Assembly: GCA_028534125.1 (NCBI GenBank) | Contig: CM052818.1 | Coordinates: 41,914,001 to 41,978,000 of the forward strand | DNA length: 64,000 nucleotides | Reading direction: 5' to 3' | DNA from: Lama glama | Lineage: Eukaryota | Part shown: piece by piece, positions 37,680 through 50,330 of the stretch | How positions within the stretch are numbered: position 1 is the first letter of the stretch | Layout of the letters: each line of letters starts with the position of its first letter | The notes under the pieces: model-generated | Database searches by the model: none | What the model was told of the DNA's origin: nothing | Seen by the model: only the letters and a program-made list of their open reading frames with translations | Program-made: the position numbers and the translations under genes

Positions 37680-38630
37680 GTCTCAACTTTATCAAAGTGT
37701 AATTTGCAAACAGTAAAATGCGTGTATTTTAAGTAAACAGTTTGCTGAGTGTTGATCAATGTTCACACCTGTGTAGCTATCACTCTGATTAAAACATAGA
37801 GTTTCTCCATCACCCTCAAAAGTTTCTTTATTGCCTTCGGAGTCACTACCAGCCACAGTCCTCCCCTCACTCGCTTCCCAGGCCACCACTGATCTGGAAT
37901 CGATCACTGTATGAGTTTTGCCTGCTCAAGAACTTCGTGTAAATGGTACCACACAGTCTGGACTTTCTGTGTCTGGCTTCTCTCCTCCTCAGCATAGTGA
38001 TTCATCCACACTTATTGTGAGTAATCAGTAGGTGTTCTTTTTCATTTTATGAATATTCCAGTTTGTTTATCCATTGACCTATTGATCAACACGCGTGTGT
38101 GTGTTGAGGGGTAGTTGCAGTTTTTTTTATTATTGTCTATAAAGCTACTGTAAACATTATTCACAAGTCTTTTCTGTGAACAGATATTTTCATTCCACTT
38201 GGGTAATTACGTAAGTATAGAATTGTTGGACCATAAGATAAGTTTATTTTAATTTTACAAGAAAAAGCCAAATCATTTTCCGAATTGCTTGTCCCATTTT
38301 ACATTCTCACGAGCAATAATGAAATTTTGTTGCCCTACGCCCTTGCCAATGTTTGGTATTTTATGTCTTTAAAAATTGTTTCTTCATCCTGTGTGGTTTG
38401 TAGTAGTATCTCATTGTCTTCATAATTTACATTTTCCCATGACTAAAAAGATGTTGAATATCTTTTTATGTGCCTATTGGCCGCTTCTATTCCTTCTTGA
38501 AATGTCTGTTAGGTCTTCAGCCTGTTTTAAAATTGGGTTGTTTGTCTCATTACTGAGTTGGAAAGTTCTTTTTCGGTTCTAGACATAAGTCCTTCGCTAG
38601 CTACATCTGTTGCAAATATTTTCTCCATGT
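37680..38630 (-). mobile_element. Old LINE-1 3' UTR and ORF2 end (L1MB/ME-like)
   Basis: caactttatcaaagtgtaattt...gtagtagtatctcattgt...ttttaaaattgggttgtttgtc...gcaaatattttctcc. Confidence 0.82.
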
Positions 38631-39910
38631 CCTTTCATTAAAAAAACAAAAAGCAACAACAATCAGACCTTTAAAAACATTCTGTCACTGTCGCTTCACC
38701 CTGCTCCGTTTTCCTTTATAGCCGTTCCCCATCTGACACAGTAACATGTGTTCACTGGTTAATTCTATCTTTCCTACTGGAATGTAAATTTCATGAATGC
38801 AGGGTCTTTGCCTCTTTGTTCAGGGCTGAATCTTCAGCACCTAAAACACTGGTCAAAACTTAATAAGCTCATGATAACAATTTCTTAAAATAAATGGTTA
38901 AAGTCCAATCCTGCCTCCCTCAGTGGAGTAAGAGAGACTTAACCTGCACATTTATTTTGGGTAAATGTACATTTACTTTGTCAGCTGATATCCAAAATAA
39001 AATATTGGAATACCAGCCTTGTTAAAAAGGATTTGAAAGAATTACCTGGGCAGAAGAAACACTGGATTCTTAGAGGGTTAAGAAGATGCTTCTGGAATAT
39101 CATACCCCTTCAGAAAGACCTTAAAAAGCTATTATCTTCAATCCTTTTTTTTCCCCCTAGCATGTTGAGCTTTGTAAAAGAGAAGCTGAGACCAGTTCCT
39201 CACCAGGAGTTATACAATGAATGAACAGCCATTATTTGTGCATGCAGGATCTGAAAATTGCAGCCTTGGATAATGACGCTCATTGAGAGAAGTTTCGGAG
39301 AGTCACAGCGAGGCTGCCACACAAAATATATTTATAGACTTCTCTTGTCTTGACTTAGAATAATTTGATATCAGAATAGAACTCTTAGGCATTAACCCTT
39401 TGGTCATAATTATTACTTTTTTTTTGAAGCTATTGGACCAAATGCCAAGTATTCTAATACACAATTTCTTAATTTATAAATTCTCAGTGTCTATGAATTA
39501 CATGGCAGGGTATTGTAATTATTTTTCCAACAGTTTTACAGCGTTGACCTTGGCTGACCCATGCATGGTTTCACTGACTCAAGCAGACCTTGGTAATTGA
39601 CCTCCCTAACCAGGAAATCCACCGATCGTGTCTGTCCAGTTCAGGTTTCTGTCTTTGATGGTACCTGTAGGGTTTGTTTACGTTACTCAAGAACTAGATT
39701 TAGTCTCTAGATTGACTTACGTACAGATTTGCTAAATTTATTAATACAGCTATATATTTACATACACATGAAAAATATGTTAACTTATAAATAAAATAAC
39801 ACATATGTGTAATTGTGAAATGGTTCTGGTGTTACATACTGATCCCCAAAAGCAGGGCCTGGATGAAGTCCTTACTCATAAGCTGAGTCCCTGCCTGTAC
39901 AAGATTGCTA

Positions 39911-40696
39911 TCTATAAATGCTGGGGAGGGTGTGGTGAGAAGGGAACCCTCCTACACTGCTGGTTGGAATGTAATTTGGTGCAGCCGCTATGGAAAACAT
40001 TATGGAGATTCCTTAAAAAACTAAAAATAGTGTTACCATATGATCCAGCAATCCTACTCCTGGGCATATATCCAGAGAAAACTGTAGTTCAAAAAGATAC
40101 ATGGACCCCAATGTTCATGGCAGCACTGTTTACAATAGCCAAGAATGGAAGCAACTGAAATGTCCATCAACAGATGACTGGATATAGAAGATGTGGTATA
40201 TTTACACAATGGAATACTATTAAGTCATTAAAAATAATGAAATAATGACATTTGCAGCAACATGGATGGACCTAGAGATTATCATACTAAGTAAAGTCAG
40301 TCAGCCAGAGAAAGACAAATATCATTTGATATCACTTATATGTGGAATCTAAAAAAAAAAAAATGATGCAAATGAGCTTATTTTCAAAACTGAAATAGAC
40401 TCACAGACATAGAAAACAAACTATGGCTACCAGAGGAGAAAGGGGGTGTGAGAGGGGTAAATTAGGAGTTTGGGATTAGCAGGTACAAACTGGTATATGT
40501 AAAATAGATCAACAGTAAAGACCTATTGTATGGCACAGGGAACTATATTCAATATCTTGTAATGACCTATAATGAAAGAGAATATGAAAGAATATGTGTG
40601 TGTGTGTGTGTGTGTGCGTGTGTGTGTGTAAAATGGAACCCCTGTACACCAGAAACTAACACAACATTGTAAATCAACTCCAATTTAAAAAAAAAA
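39911..40696 (+). mobile_element. 5'-truncated LINE-1 (ORF2 C-terminus plus 3' UTR with internal (TG)n)
   Basis: Translation [53 protein letters not shown] is the L1 ORF2p C-terminus. A-tail at ~40687-40696. Confidence 0.94.
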
Positions 40697-41744
40697 TTTT
40701 TTTAAGAATGGTGGCTACATGAATGGCGCCCCCTAGAGTCTACAATGTGAATGGTGCTCAATCAAGCGTGCAACTTGGAGACTCGAGTCCCGCTCTCTCT
40801 CTTTGGAAGCCATTTTTTTTTTTTTTAATCATCTTTTGACCAACAGCTTTCCATTGTCAGTGCTTATAAGCTCCCTGTGGAGTCCTCTCAGACTCTCCAT
40901 CTGCACATGCTCAAAGATCAGTCTTTAAAAAACAGATGTGTTCTCCCCAAACAATGGAGTATAGCAACTCTTTTTTTTTTTTTCCCTTTCCTTTGACTGT
41001 GGATATTCTAAGTACCCCAAGATCTGTGAGGTCTGTGAAAGTCCCGTTGGCCTTTCCATCATTGCTTCTATACAAGCTATTACACAGTTACCTGTGATTC
41101 TAAGTAAAAAAAAAAACAAACAAACAAACTTCCAAACTTTATTTTACCTGGAAGATAGTTTTCCAGTTTTTAGTTGCCATTACTTATTGGTTATTTCCAA
41201 TATTTCACTACAGATATAAGGATTCTGGCCACTAGCTATTGTTTTTTGTAAGCTGCTACAGCTATTTAGTAGGTGAGTTATATACACAAACCATGCTAAT
41301 TTATAAACCAGACATGTTTCTTTTATTATTTCACCCTTAGCATCCAGCCCAAGGCTTGGCACAAACTCAGGTGATATCGTCTCAACTGAATTAAAATTGA
41401 AATTTGGTAGGCTAGTTAATTAAACAGGTCATGGCTTAATGGAATAGGTTTTTCTCTAGAAACAATAGATTGATGCACATTGAATCAAAATTCTGGATAA
41501 TTTATCTGTTCTGGGTTCATTTAGAAATCTAAACAAATAAATCTATGAGTTTGCGTTTAATAGAAATCTCTAGGAAATTGGTTGAAGTCTTGTCTTGATT
41601 TTCTTTCTGACCGATAGGACGGATAGATAGTAGAAGAGTTCCCTGAACTGTGGAGATCAACTTTGGAAATTTTTCAGAACAGAAGAGGCAATTAATGTTC
41701 TTAAGGTGGTTATCTTAAACGGTAATGGTGAAATTTTTAAATTA

Positions 41745-41975
41745 ATAACAAATGCAGTTACAACCATTGATTTGAATGGCACTTTTCAGTTTAACATGTG
41801 TCATCATATAAAGTATCTCATTTGAGCTATACATCAGTTTCAAAACTGTGTAATTTTTATTCCCATTTTGAAGACAAGCAAAACTGAGGCTCAAAAAGAC
41901 AAAGTAATTGGTCGAGACTGACCCAGCTGGCAAGTGTTCTCATTCTACAGTGATATTCTTTCCACTATATCCACC
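41745..41975 (-). mobile_element. MIR SINE
   Basis: ttttattcccattttgaagacaagcaaaactgaggctcaaa. Confidence 0.75.
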
Positions 41976-43114
41976 ACTCATTTTATGCCATGAAATGAGT
42001 CATATTGACAGCCTGTTAATTAATATTTTAATATTTCAGGTGTTGCATTAAGTGACTAAGGGCCAGAGGTACAAAGTAGAACAAAATCACCCTCAAGGAC
42101 TGCAGTGTCCCTAAGGGATACTGGTGGCAGAAAGCCAGTTACTGTGTCAGGTGGTAAACGAAAGTAAGCCCAGGTACTGTGTGAACAAGGGCAAGGAGCT
42201 TCTCAAGGGAAAGGCAAGGTCTCATTCCTCTTCTGGTCTCCTTAGAACCCTAGGCACATAATGGGTGCTCAGAAAGTAGTTATCGGATGAGTTGATGGCT
42301 GTCTTGATGTAAGAAAGGATGAATGAGTTGACTCCTCGATCCCCAAATAGGTAGGAAATTTCCAGGACATTCTAGAGAGAGGAAGTAGTGAGGTCCCTGT
42401 GTTTTAGAGGTCACCTATTGTAAAGAACAGCTACATAGGTTAAAGAGATGTCTTTGTTTCATGAGACAATGAAAGGTGGTTTCTTTATACATCATCCTGC
42501 AGTTAAGTGGAGCCCAACACTCGGTATACAGCCCTGCCCATTTGACTGTGGAGGTGCTGCTCACTGGGCCAATGAAGAGTCCACTTCCATGAGAAGAAAA
42601 CATTGGAGGTTATTCTTTTCTTTCCTTTTTTTCTCCCATCGCCTTAAAATTGCACTACCTTTCTGCTCATGGCAAGTGCACTCTTGAGACAACAATTTCT
42701 GTTTCCAAGTGATTCGTTGAGCACGTTGAGTGCCAGACCACATGCTAATTAAGGCTTGTCACAGACCATAATGGCACCTTAGTAATACACCAATTAACAG
42801 TTACTTTAATTACACCACTTACATGAAATTAATGAAGAGTCTAGCTGATGAGAAATAAGAACCTGTACATTAGAGCAACACAGAACGTTCATCAAGTTTC
42901 TGATGAAACAGCCTTTGAGAAATCTGTTCCTCCCCATGGCCTAGTTAAAGAAATATTTTCGGGGGTGGGGGAATGGCTTTTTGTAAAATGAACTGGCAAG
43001 AAATGGAGAAAAAGTACTCATTCCTGCTGCTAGAAGGGCTGAGTGCACAGGGTTCGAGGTCTGAGACACTGGGTTTAAATCCTGCCTATCTGCCCTAACT
43101 GTGCTTTCAGTAAA

Positions 43115-43475
43115 CTGGGAATAGAAAGGAAGGAACTTCCTCAACCTGACAAAAGACTTCTACAGAACACCTATATTTTACTTAATGGTGAAAGAGACTG
43201 GATGCTTTCCCCCTAAAATCAGAAACATGACAAGGGTGTCCCTTCTCACCAGTTCAACTCAGTATCATATATTGCAGTTTATAGCTGGTGCCATGAAGCA
43301 AAAAAAAGGCATCCAATTGGAAAGGAAGCAAAACTTTATTTGCAGATGACATGATCACTCAAATAGAAAAGCCAATGAAATATAAAATAAAGCTAACAGA
43401 ATTAACAAGTGAGTTGTACAAGGTTGCAGGATACAAGATCAATATACAAAAATTGATTGCATTTCTGTATACCTG
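43115..43475 (+). mobile_element. Internal LINE-1 ORF2 (reverse transcriptase region) fragment splitting a MIR
   Basis: ggaacttcctcaacctgacaaa...cttaatggtgaaaga...ttatttgcagatgacatgat (FADD motif)...ttgcaggatacaagatcaatatacaaaa. MIR halves at ~43020-43110 and ~43476-43590. Confidence 0.85.
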
Positions 43476-43799
43476 AGCAAATTTGGCCTCTCTGAGTCAA
43501 ATTTCTTATCTGTAAAATGGCAACAAATTTATATACTTTATAGAATTGCTTTAAGGTTCCTGGGACAAAGTTAAGTAAGTGTTGATTTATTTCCATTTTT
43601 AGAGCATAGAAAATGAAGCCATCAGAGGGCTTGCATGGTACCTTACCTCCCAGATGAGCAGGAAAGAAAAAATGATGCATTAGGGGAAAGTCACTTCACG
43701 CTGGGGTAACATCCAAGGGAACCTTTAAAGCTGGAAATCATTCAGATGGAACAGTTGTTAAAGAGAAGTTCCGATCTTGCAGCCCAAACTGCTTAAATC

Positions 43800-44430
43800 T
43801 GCTCTCTCTCATCCATAGCCCCTTCTCCCAACATCCATGCCCATTTTCTTAGTTTATGCCTGAAATTTTATAACAACCTCCGAAACAGTTTTCCAGCTTT
43901 TGATCCACCTCCCCCCTCCACTTAAATACAATCTTTCCAGGGCAGCCAGAGTGATCCCTTTAAAATGCAAATCTGATCACATTGTGTTACTTAAACCCTC
44001 TTGTGGTTCCCTATTGAATTCAGAGTTAAACCGGAGCTTCTTAGCCTGGCTTCTGCAAACACACTAGGCACTTCTTGGACTGAACCACTTAACACTTTTC
44101 CCAAAACACCAAGCATTTTCTTGCTTCCCAGCCTTCCTTGATTCATTCTTGCTTCCCCAAATTTCTCCACCTTTCCTCTCCATACCTGTCAAGCCCCCAG
44201 GCCACTGCCCAAGAAGCTACTGTGCATCCTTCCAGCCCAAAGCAAGGTCACCTTCCAGCTGAAGTTTATCTAGATGGCTGCAGGCAAAATGAATTTCTAC
44301 CTCCCCAGGCGTCCTGCACTCCTAGGCAGTTACCTACTCTACTGTAACCTCCTATTTGCCTGTCTTTGAGCTCTTTAAGGATAGGACCACAGGCCCTATT
44401 TATCTCTTTCTTCTGTACCCAGCAGAAGTC
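43800..44430 (+). mobile_element. L2 LINE 3' fragment
   Basis: cagccagagtgatccctttaaaatgcaaatctgatcac...tgagctctttaaggataggacc. Confidence 0.75.
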
Positions 44431-45399
44431 TCTGTGAGTGTTTGCTGAGAGCCAGGATGGCTCTCATTCTTTTCCATTTCATCCTGTTGTCAAGATCTCT
44501 GGCCCAGCTGGAATCCAGCCCCTTTTAGGAGCCCTTCCCAGGCTCTTCTCTCCATTGGGTTCTTGGTGCCCGTGCTGCTGCCTGGGTAGTTCAGGGGGGC
44601 TTCCTGCTTTGCGTCTTTGCTCTGCTTTCATCTTCCAGCTCGTGTCTTTTCCAGCCTTGTCTGATGTGAAGACTCTCCCAGGTACACAGATCCCTGGGCC
44701 CTTCCCTGGGAGATTCTGGTTCCCCTGGTCTGGGTTGGACCCGGGAATGGAGACAAACCCTGGGTGAGGCTCGGCATCAGTCTGGCGTGGGAAATGCCAT
44801 CGCCCTCCCGCCCAGGCAGGTGCGCTTAGTCCTGAAAGGTGGAGGGTTGTCCAGGTTCTCCCATCCTTTCCTCCAGGACATGCCCTGGCTGCACTGTGCA
44901 CGCCTCAGGGACTCAGGTGTCTCCATTTCTGAAATGAGCAGGGGTTCAACGCTCAGTCTCTTCTTCTCTCTCGGGCTGGCTCCAGGGGTGTCAGAAATAG
45001 AGTGGGGTAGGGGGAGCTGACTCAACCTTGGGGGACAAGGGCTCAAAGGGGAACCCCTCTCATGCCAAATGCCACCTGGAAGATAAACGGATGTGACTAG
45101 TTAAGGGAAAAGCAAAAACTCACACACTCCAAAGAGAGACAGAGAGAGATGAGGAAAAGTAGCCCTACCTCTTCTGAAAACATAAGGCTGGTTGACCAGG
45201 AACCAGCACACATAGAAACGTGGGGATGGACGAAGCAGAAGCATTAGATCCGCTATAGCTCCAGAATGCCTACAAACTGAGTGTGTGCTGCCCACGGGCT
45301 CACAGCGGGGTAGGGTCGCTCCCGAGGTTATCCAGGGGCAACCTGAAAGCTCTTACAAGAGACCCCAAACCCCAAACTTCAGCTTCTCATTTCAGACTA

Positions 45400-46975
45400 T
45401 ACTCCCACCCACATTTCAGATGGACTAAAGAATTCAATATAAAAACATAAAACTGTTAAGTCATCCAGTACCTACAAATAAACGTTCCGAATGAGGAGAA
45501 CCACCAAAATGTAGTGGAAGACATCGCAGAAATTGTAAAGATCAGTCAATTAGAATATGTACAACGGGCCTTAAAAATGACCTATATTAGAAGTCGAAAA
45601 AAAAGGAGGAGAAAGACCTGTAGCCAGTGTAACCAAAGGTTAACATCTAATGTTTAAGGAGAAAAACACTGAGACCTTGATTTTTTTTTTAAGCCTGTAA
45701 AATGGACTTCATCAGACAGAGGGCCAACAAATAGCTAAAAACATAAGGTTCAATCCCCTGGAAATCAAAGGAAATTATGACATGATTTTTACCAAATGCT
45801 CAAAGATTTTAAAAGGTGGTAACACTCACGACCAGTGAGGCTGCTCTAAGACAGACTTTCTCACATACAGTTTGTTGGTGGAAATGTAACTTCAGGGAAA
45901 GCAATTTGCTAGTAAGTACAGACAGCCTGAAAAATAATTGCGAGAAAATAGGTTAAAATTGCATTGTATCTCTGGCTGGCATAATTTAGTGCTTTATATT
46001 TATCTTTTCCTTTATTTTGCAAATTGTCTATAATGTGTTAACATTATAATTAGTAAAAGGGGGCTTTTTTAGCCATATGTATATTATTTGAGCCAACAAT
46101 TCCACTTCAAGAAATCTGAAGGAAATAATACAAAATAAGAAAGCATGATTGATGAAAAAAAAAAAAAACTCTGACCAATATAATGCTATTTACAACAGTT
46201 AAAAGATGTCCAAAATAGGGCAGATCAGGCTATGTCCACTCAGAGAGGTATTCTCTGTATTAAAATGATGTTTAGGAAGCGTTTACAATAACACAGGAAC
46301 ATGCCTGTACCATTCTTGTTTGTGGTTCGTTTGCTGTTAGTTTACTGGGGCAGCTGTAACAAAGTCCCACTAACTTGGTGGCTGAAACAACAAAAATGTA
46401 TCGACTCACAGTTGTGGAGGCTGGTGGAGGTCTGAGGTCAAGGTGTCGACAGGGTTGATTCCTTCTGCGGCTGTGAGGGAGACCCTGTTCCTGCTGGCCT
46501 CTCTCCCAGCTGCAGGTGGCTGCTGGCAATTCTTGGTGTTTACTGGTTTGTAGCGGCATCATTTCAGTCTCCACAGGGCATTCTCCGTGTGTGTGTATGT
46601 GTGTGTGTGTGTCTGTCCGTCTGTCTGTACCCAAATTTCCCCTTTTTACAGGGACACCAAGTCATATTGGTTTAGGGGTCCATCCTGCTCCAGTGTGACT
46701 TCGTCCTACCTTGTTCATCTGCAAAGACCTTATTTTCATATAACATTACATTCACGGGTTCTGAGGGTTAGGACTTTAAGATCTTTGTGCGGAGACAATT
46801 CAACCCACAGCACACTGTGATGTGATGCATTACAAAAAGTTCAGATGTGAAATTATACATGTAAGATCGTAACCATGTTTGACGTATATGCATGCAAAAA
46901 CAACTGGAGGGCAATACATTAAAATGTTAACAGAGGTCATTTTGGAGAGCAGGATGATGAGTGATTTTCCTTCTT
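45400..46975 (+). mobile_element. Ancient LINE-1 (L1ME-like) fragments interrupted by MLT1
   Basis: A-rich. gttggtggaaatgtaac, tttgagccaacaattccactt and aaaatgttaacagaggtcatttt are typical of L1ME 3' regions. Confidence 0.6.
46332..46812 (-). mobile_element. MaLR solo LTR (MLT1C-like)
   Basis: ttagtttactggggcagctgtaacaaagtcccac...ggacaccaagtcatattgg...gacaattcaacccacagca. Confidence 0.87.
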
Positions 46976-47039
46976 TTTTCCTCCCATATTTCCCACAGTC
47001 CCTATGCTGAGACCATTAATAACCGTCCCCCTGACACGA

Positions 47040-47685
47040 GCCTTGCCTTCTTCGTGTGTGGGAGGGCCGGCAAGGCTAAAAGCTACAATATCAGTAACTA
47101 TTTTCACTCAGCTCCAAACCTACTTCTGGAATCAGCTCCACGGTCCTGGGGATGGGAATCTGCAAGCCCAGTTTCTGCATTGCCAGCGGGCTCTCTGTTC
47201 GGTTCTGCCAACTGGGGGAGCCTCAAAGGCGGGAGGGACTTGCTCTTTCTCTGAGTGTCACCCCAGCTCTGCCTCTTCACCCAGGCAGGGGTAGTTTCTT
47301 CTGGTAGCAGCAGCTGAATCCAGTTTTCCTCTTTTTCTGCCTCTTAGAGACCAGCTGCATTGTGCCCTCCCCTCCAGGGACCCCAGCACCCGCCAAAAAG
47401 TGACCGCCCCCACCCCACCCCCGCCGATGCCTGGAGCTTGGCTCTGCGGGTCCCTCCCTTGAGACTTCAAACTTTTAAACTTCCCCAACTCTGGCTTTTT
47501 TTCCTGCAGGCTCGGGGTGGTAAGCGGCTTCCTGTATTGTTATTTCCATGATATCTCAGAGTTCTCTTTATTCTTCCAATCACCTAGTTAATACCTTTGT
47601 ACCTGACTAACAAATCTTTATATTAAAATCTTCGGGTTCAAATAATCACTGTGGTTTCTGTCTCTGGGTTGGACCCTGACTGACA
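47040..47685 (+). mobile_element. ERVL-class LTR (LTR40/41/33-like)
   Basis: ttgccagcgggctctctgttcggttctgccaa...tgtggtttctgtctctgggttggaccctgactgaca. Confidence 0.6.
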
Positions 47686-49509
47686 GAGCTGGTCTCAGCT
47701 CAGCCAGAGATGCCCCCTCCTCCTCTCTCACTCCAGTTCTATGAATCCAATCAGAGACAGAGCTTTTCAGAGCTTGGTGCCATCCCCCTCACTTCACCAG
47801 TGCCCTCTAGAATTTTTCTCCTTCTAGCAGGAAATAATGCAAACAAAAGGGAAGAAATTATTTCTGGCATCAGGGCCTTGGGCCACAGCCACACCCGGCA
47901 GCCCCCAACCTCTCCTGGGGCCCGGGGTCACCAGGGGCCATGCTCTCTCTGACGGGGAGGACCCTCCACTTCTCAGGCCCACCGTTGCTTCCCTGGTAGA
48001 GGAGCACCCCCCACACACACACCAAGAGGTCCCTCTTAAGAGTTGGTTGAGTCCAGCCTTTCGGGCTGTCCCTCCCGGGAGCTGTTCTTCCACGTATCGG
48101 TGAGGAGGGCCAGCCGAAGTGGGCCGAGCTCTGTGGTGTTTGCATGAATTTGCATTAAGTGATTCGGCAATTGTCTCTTGTTCTCTTTGGGTCCAATCAA
48201 GGCTCCTCAGGTTGGGCTTCAAGCTTTGGAAGCCATCTTTCCTCTAGAAAACCAAGTGATTTTCATGAAAAGGCATTTTTATGGTTTGCTTAAGACCCCT
48301 CTGAGGCTTCCCAAGGCCCATCTCTCAGGGTTCTAGGAGCCTGGACTGTCTGGAGGCACCTTTCATTCCATTTCTACAGGCGCCCTTCCCCTCCAGGACT
48401 GTGTATACACTATTCCCTCTCCCTTTAACAACCTCCCCTGTGCCTGCAAACTCCTACTCTACCTTCAAGGCCTCTGAGAAATTGTCCTCAGGGGTTACAG
48501 TTACTGGGTTGGTGCTCTCTACTGTGCTCCTGTGCACGTCCAGGACCCCCGAGGGAACGCAATATTGCCCTTTTCACTCCTTGTTGCTATCATCCTTCTC
48601 TGCCACCAGTGGTCCATCTCCAGGGCAAGAACCAGAGACCCAGAAGACGGTCAAGGATGGTAAACATGGATTTGAACGACAGTAGCTTTTGCAATAGATT
48701 GATTAGTGCCAGCTGCCCACAACACAGCCCACTGAAAGCTTTCAGTTCTCTCGAGGAGACAGTCCACTCCAGGTGACCCAGGACACCAGCAGCTGGGCAC
48801 CTGGGTGGGGATGCCCTGGCTCCAAGGCCAGGCTGCTCCCTCCCCCGGTGAAGTCTGCCCCCGCCACTGTGAGATGGTGCCTGAGGCCCCCAGACACGCT
48901 GTTTTGCTGTAAACGCCTCAGGATCCGGAGTGTTTTATAGCAGGACAACTGTTAGATAATTATCGTCCAGGCTCGCGGGGCGGCGGATCTGTGTGCTTCT
49001 CCCGCCGGGGCTGGCAGGCTGCCACAGCATCATTTTCTCTCCCACTTGCTTAGCTCGGGTGAAGAACAACAGCAAATGTTTTCTTGCTGTGAGAGCTCAT
49101 CTCTGCCTGCCGCCTGTCCCCTCATTCTTCCCGAGCCTCTGGCTCCCCAGAACAGAGAACTTCTCCGGAGGGGAAGTGCAAGTCTGTGTGAGTCACTTTC
49201 CTGCAGCGGCTCCCCTTACACGCCTGGCAACATCCTAATTGCCCTTCAAAGCCAGGCTCAGTGCTGCCTCGTCTCCTGGACACTAACTATCCATGGGTCA
49301 CCTGCCTCCCAGCAGGATTAGGACCTCCATCCTGTGTGCTCCATGGTATTTGTACAAACCTCTGTTAGCCCTGGGCTCACCGTCCTGCAGTCATTGGTTG
49401 GCCTGTCTACACCTCGACTGAACTGTGAGGATCCTTAACACATCTCTGCATCCTTAGGACTGGGTGCATGCCCTCTACACAATAGACCCCTACTAAGTGC
49501 AATGGCCTT

Positions 49510-50330
49510 TGTGTGAGGTCTGGAAGGCACCACTGCAGGGCAGAGATTAACATGCCGGAGACTCACTGGGGAGCGAAGGAAGCAGGACTGGGTGTGAGGC
49601 GGGAAGCCCCATAAAAAGACCAGCAGGACCCCCAGGCAGGGCCACTGCTCTCCTGCCAGCACCATCTGGTTCCCTGGCCCAGAGGCTCTATCTCACTTTT
49701 TGGCTCTGAAACAGCTTACTAGCCCCTAAAATTCTATTGGTTCCCTGAGCTCGCTCCTGATTGGTTATTTCCTTCACCCCTGAGTGGTTATTTCTCTCCC
49801 TCTTGATTGGTTCATTTCTACAAAGCTTATTCCAAATTAGTCAACTTTTGTTATACCTTATTTGCATATGATGTTGTGAAGTGTAAACTGGCAGCCTATA
49901 AAAGCCTGTGTAAACGTACAGACGGGGTCCAGAGCTTGGAGTGTTAACTCTCCTGGGCCCGCTGGTGTAATGAACCTGCGTTCTCCAACTCTCCGAGTGC
50001 TGCTTTGTCTCTCGCCTGGATCCTAGTTGCTGTCACAACTGAGCTGTAATACCGAGTTGTAACACTGAGCTACAACACTGAGCTGTAACACTTTTTTTCT
50101 GCAACAGGTGGAAGGAGAGTTGAGCTGGGATGCAGCCTACCCCTCCAGAGCCCTGGAGCCAAGCTGTCCCCGCAGAGCTGACTGGACCAGGCAAGGGGCT
50201 GGGCTTGGCTACCACCCCTCCTCCACCAGTCATTGGCTGACAGCTGTGCTGAGAAGAGGATATAACCCTGGCAGTGGACGTGGGTGGGGTGTCCACAGAG
50301 AGCTGTCAGCCCTCAACACTCAAGGAGGCT
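49510..50330 (-). mobile_element. LTR16-like ERVL LTR, split by the ERV1 LTR at 49595-50106
   Basis: Removing the insert rejoins ggaagcaggactgggtg|gaaggagagttgagctgggatgcag. The sequence is reverse-complement similar to 12330-12760. Confidence 0.65.
49595..50106 (+). mobile_element. Intact ERV1-class solo LTR, 512 bp
   Basis: TG...CA termini. 4-bp TSD GGTG at 49591-49594 and 50107-50110. TATAAAA at 49897, degenerate poly(A) signal AATGAA at 49969, and tandem gagctgtaacact-like units in U5. Confidence 0.88.

Noticed and set aside
39805..40158. Zinc-finger-like ORF ([14 protein letters not shown])
   Set aside because: It is the C-terminal cysteine-rich region of LINE-1 ORF2p in a truncated, frameshifted copy.
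42846..42903. C/D-box snoRNA (TGATGA ... CTGA)
   Set aside because: Box C lacks the leading purine, there is no terminal stem, and I see no rRNA-complementary guide.
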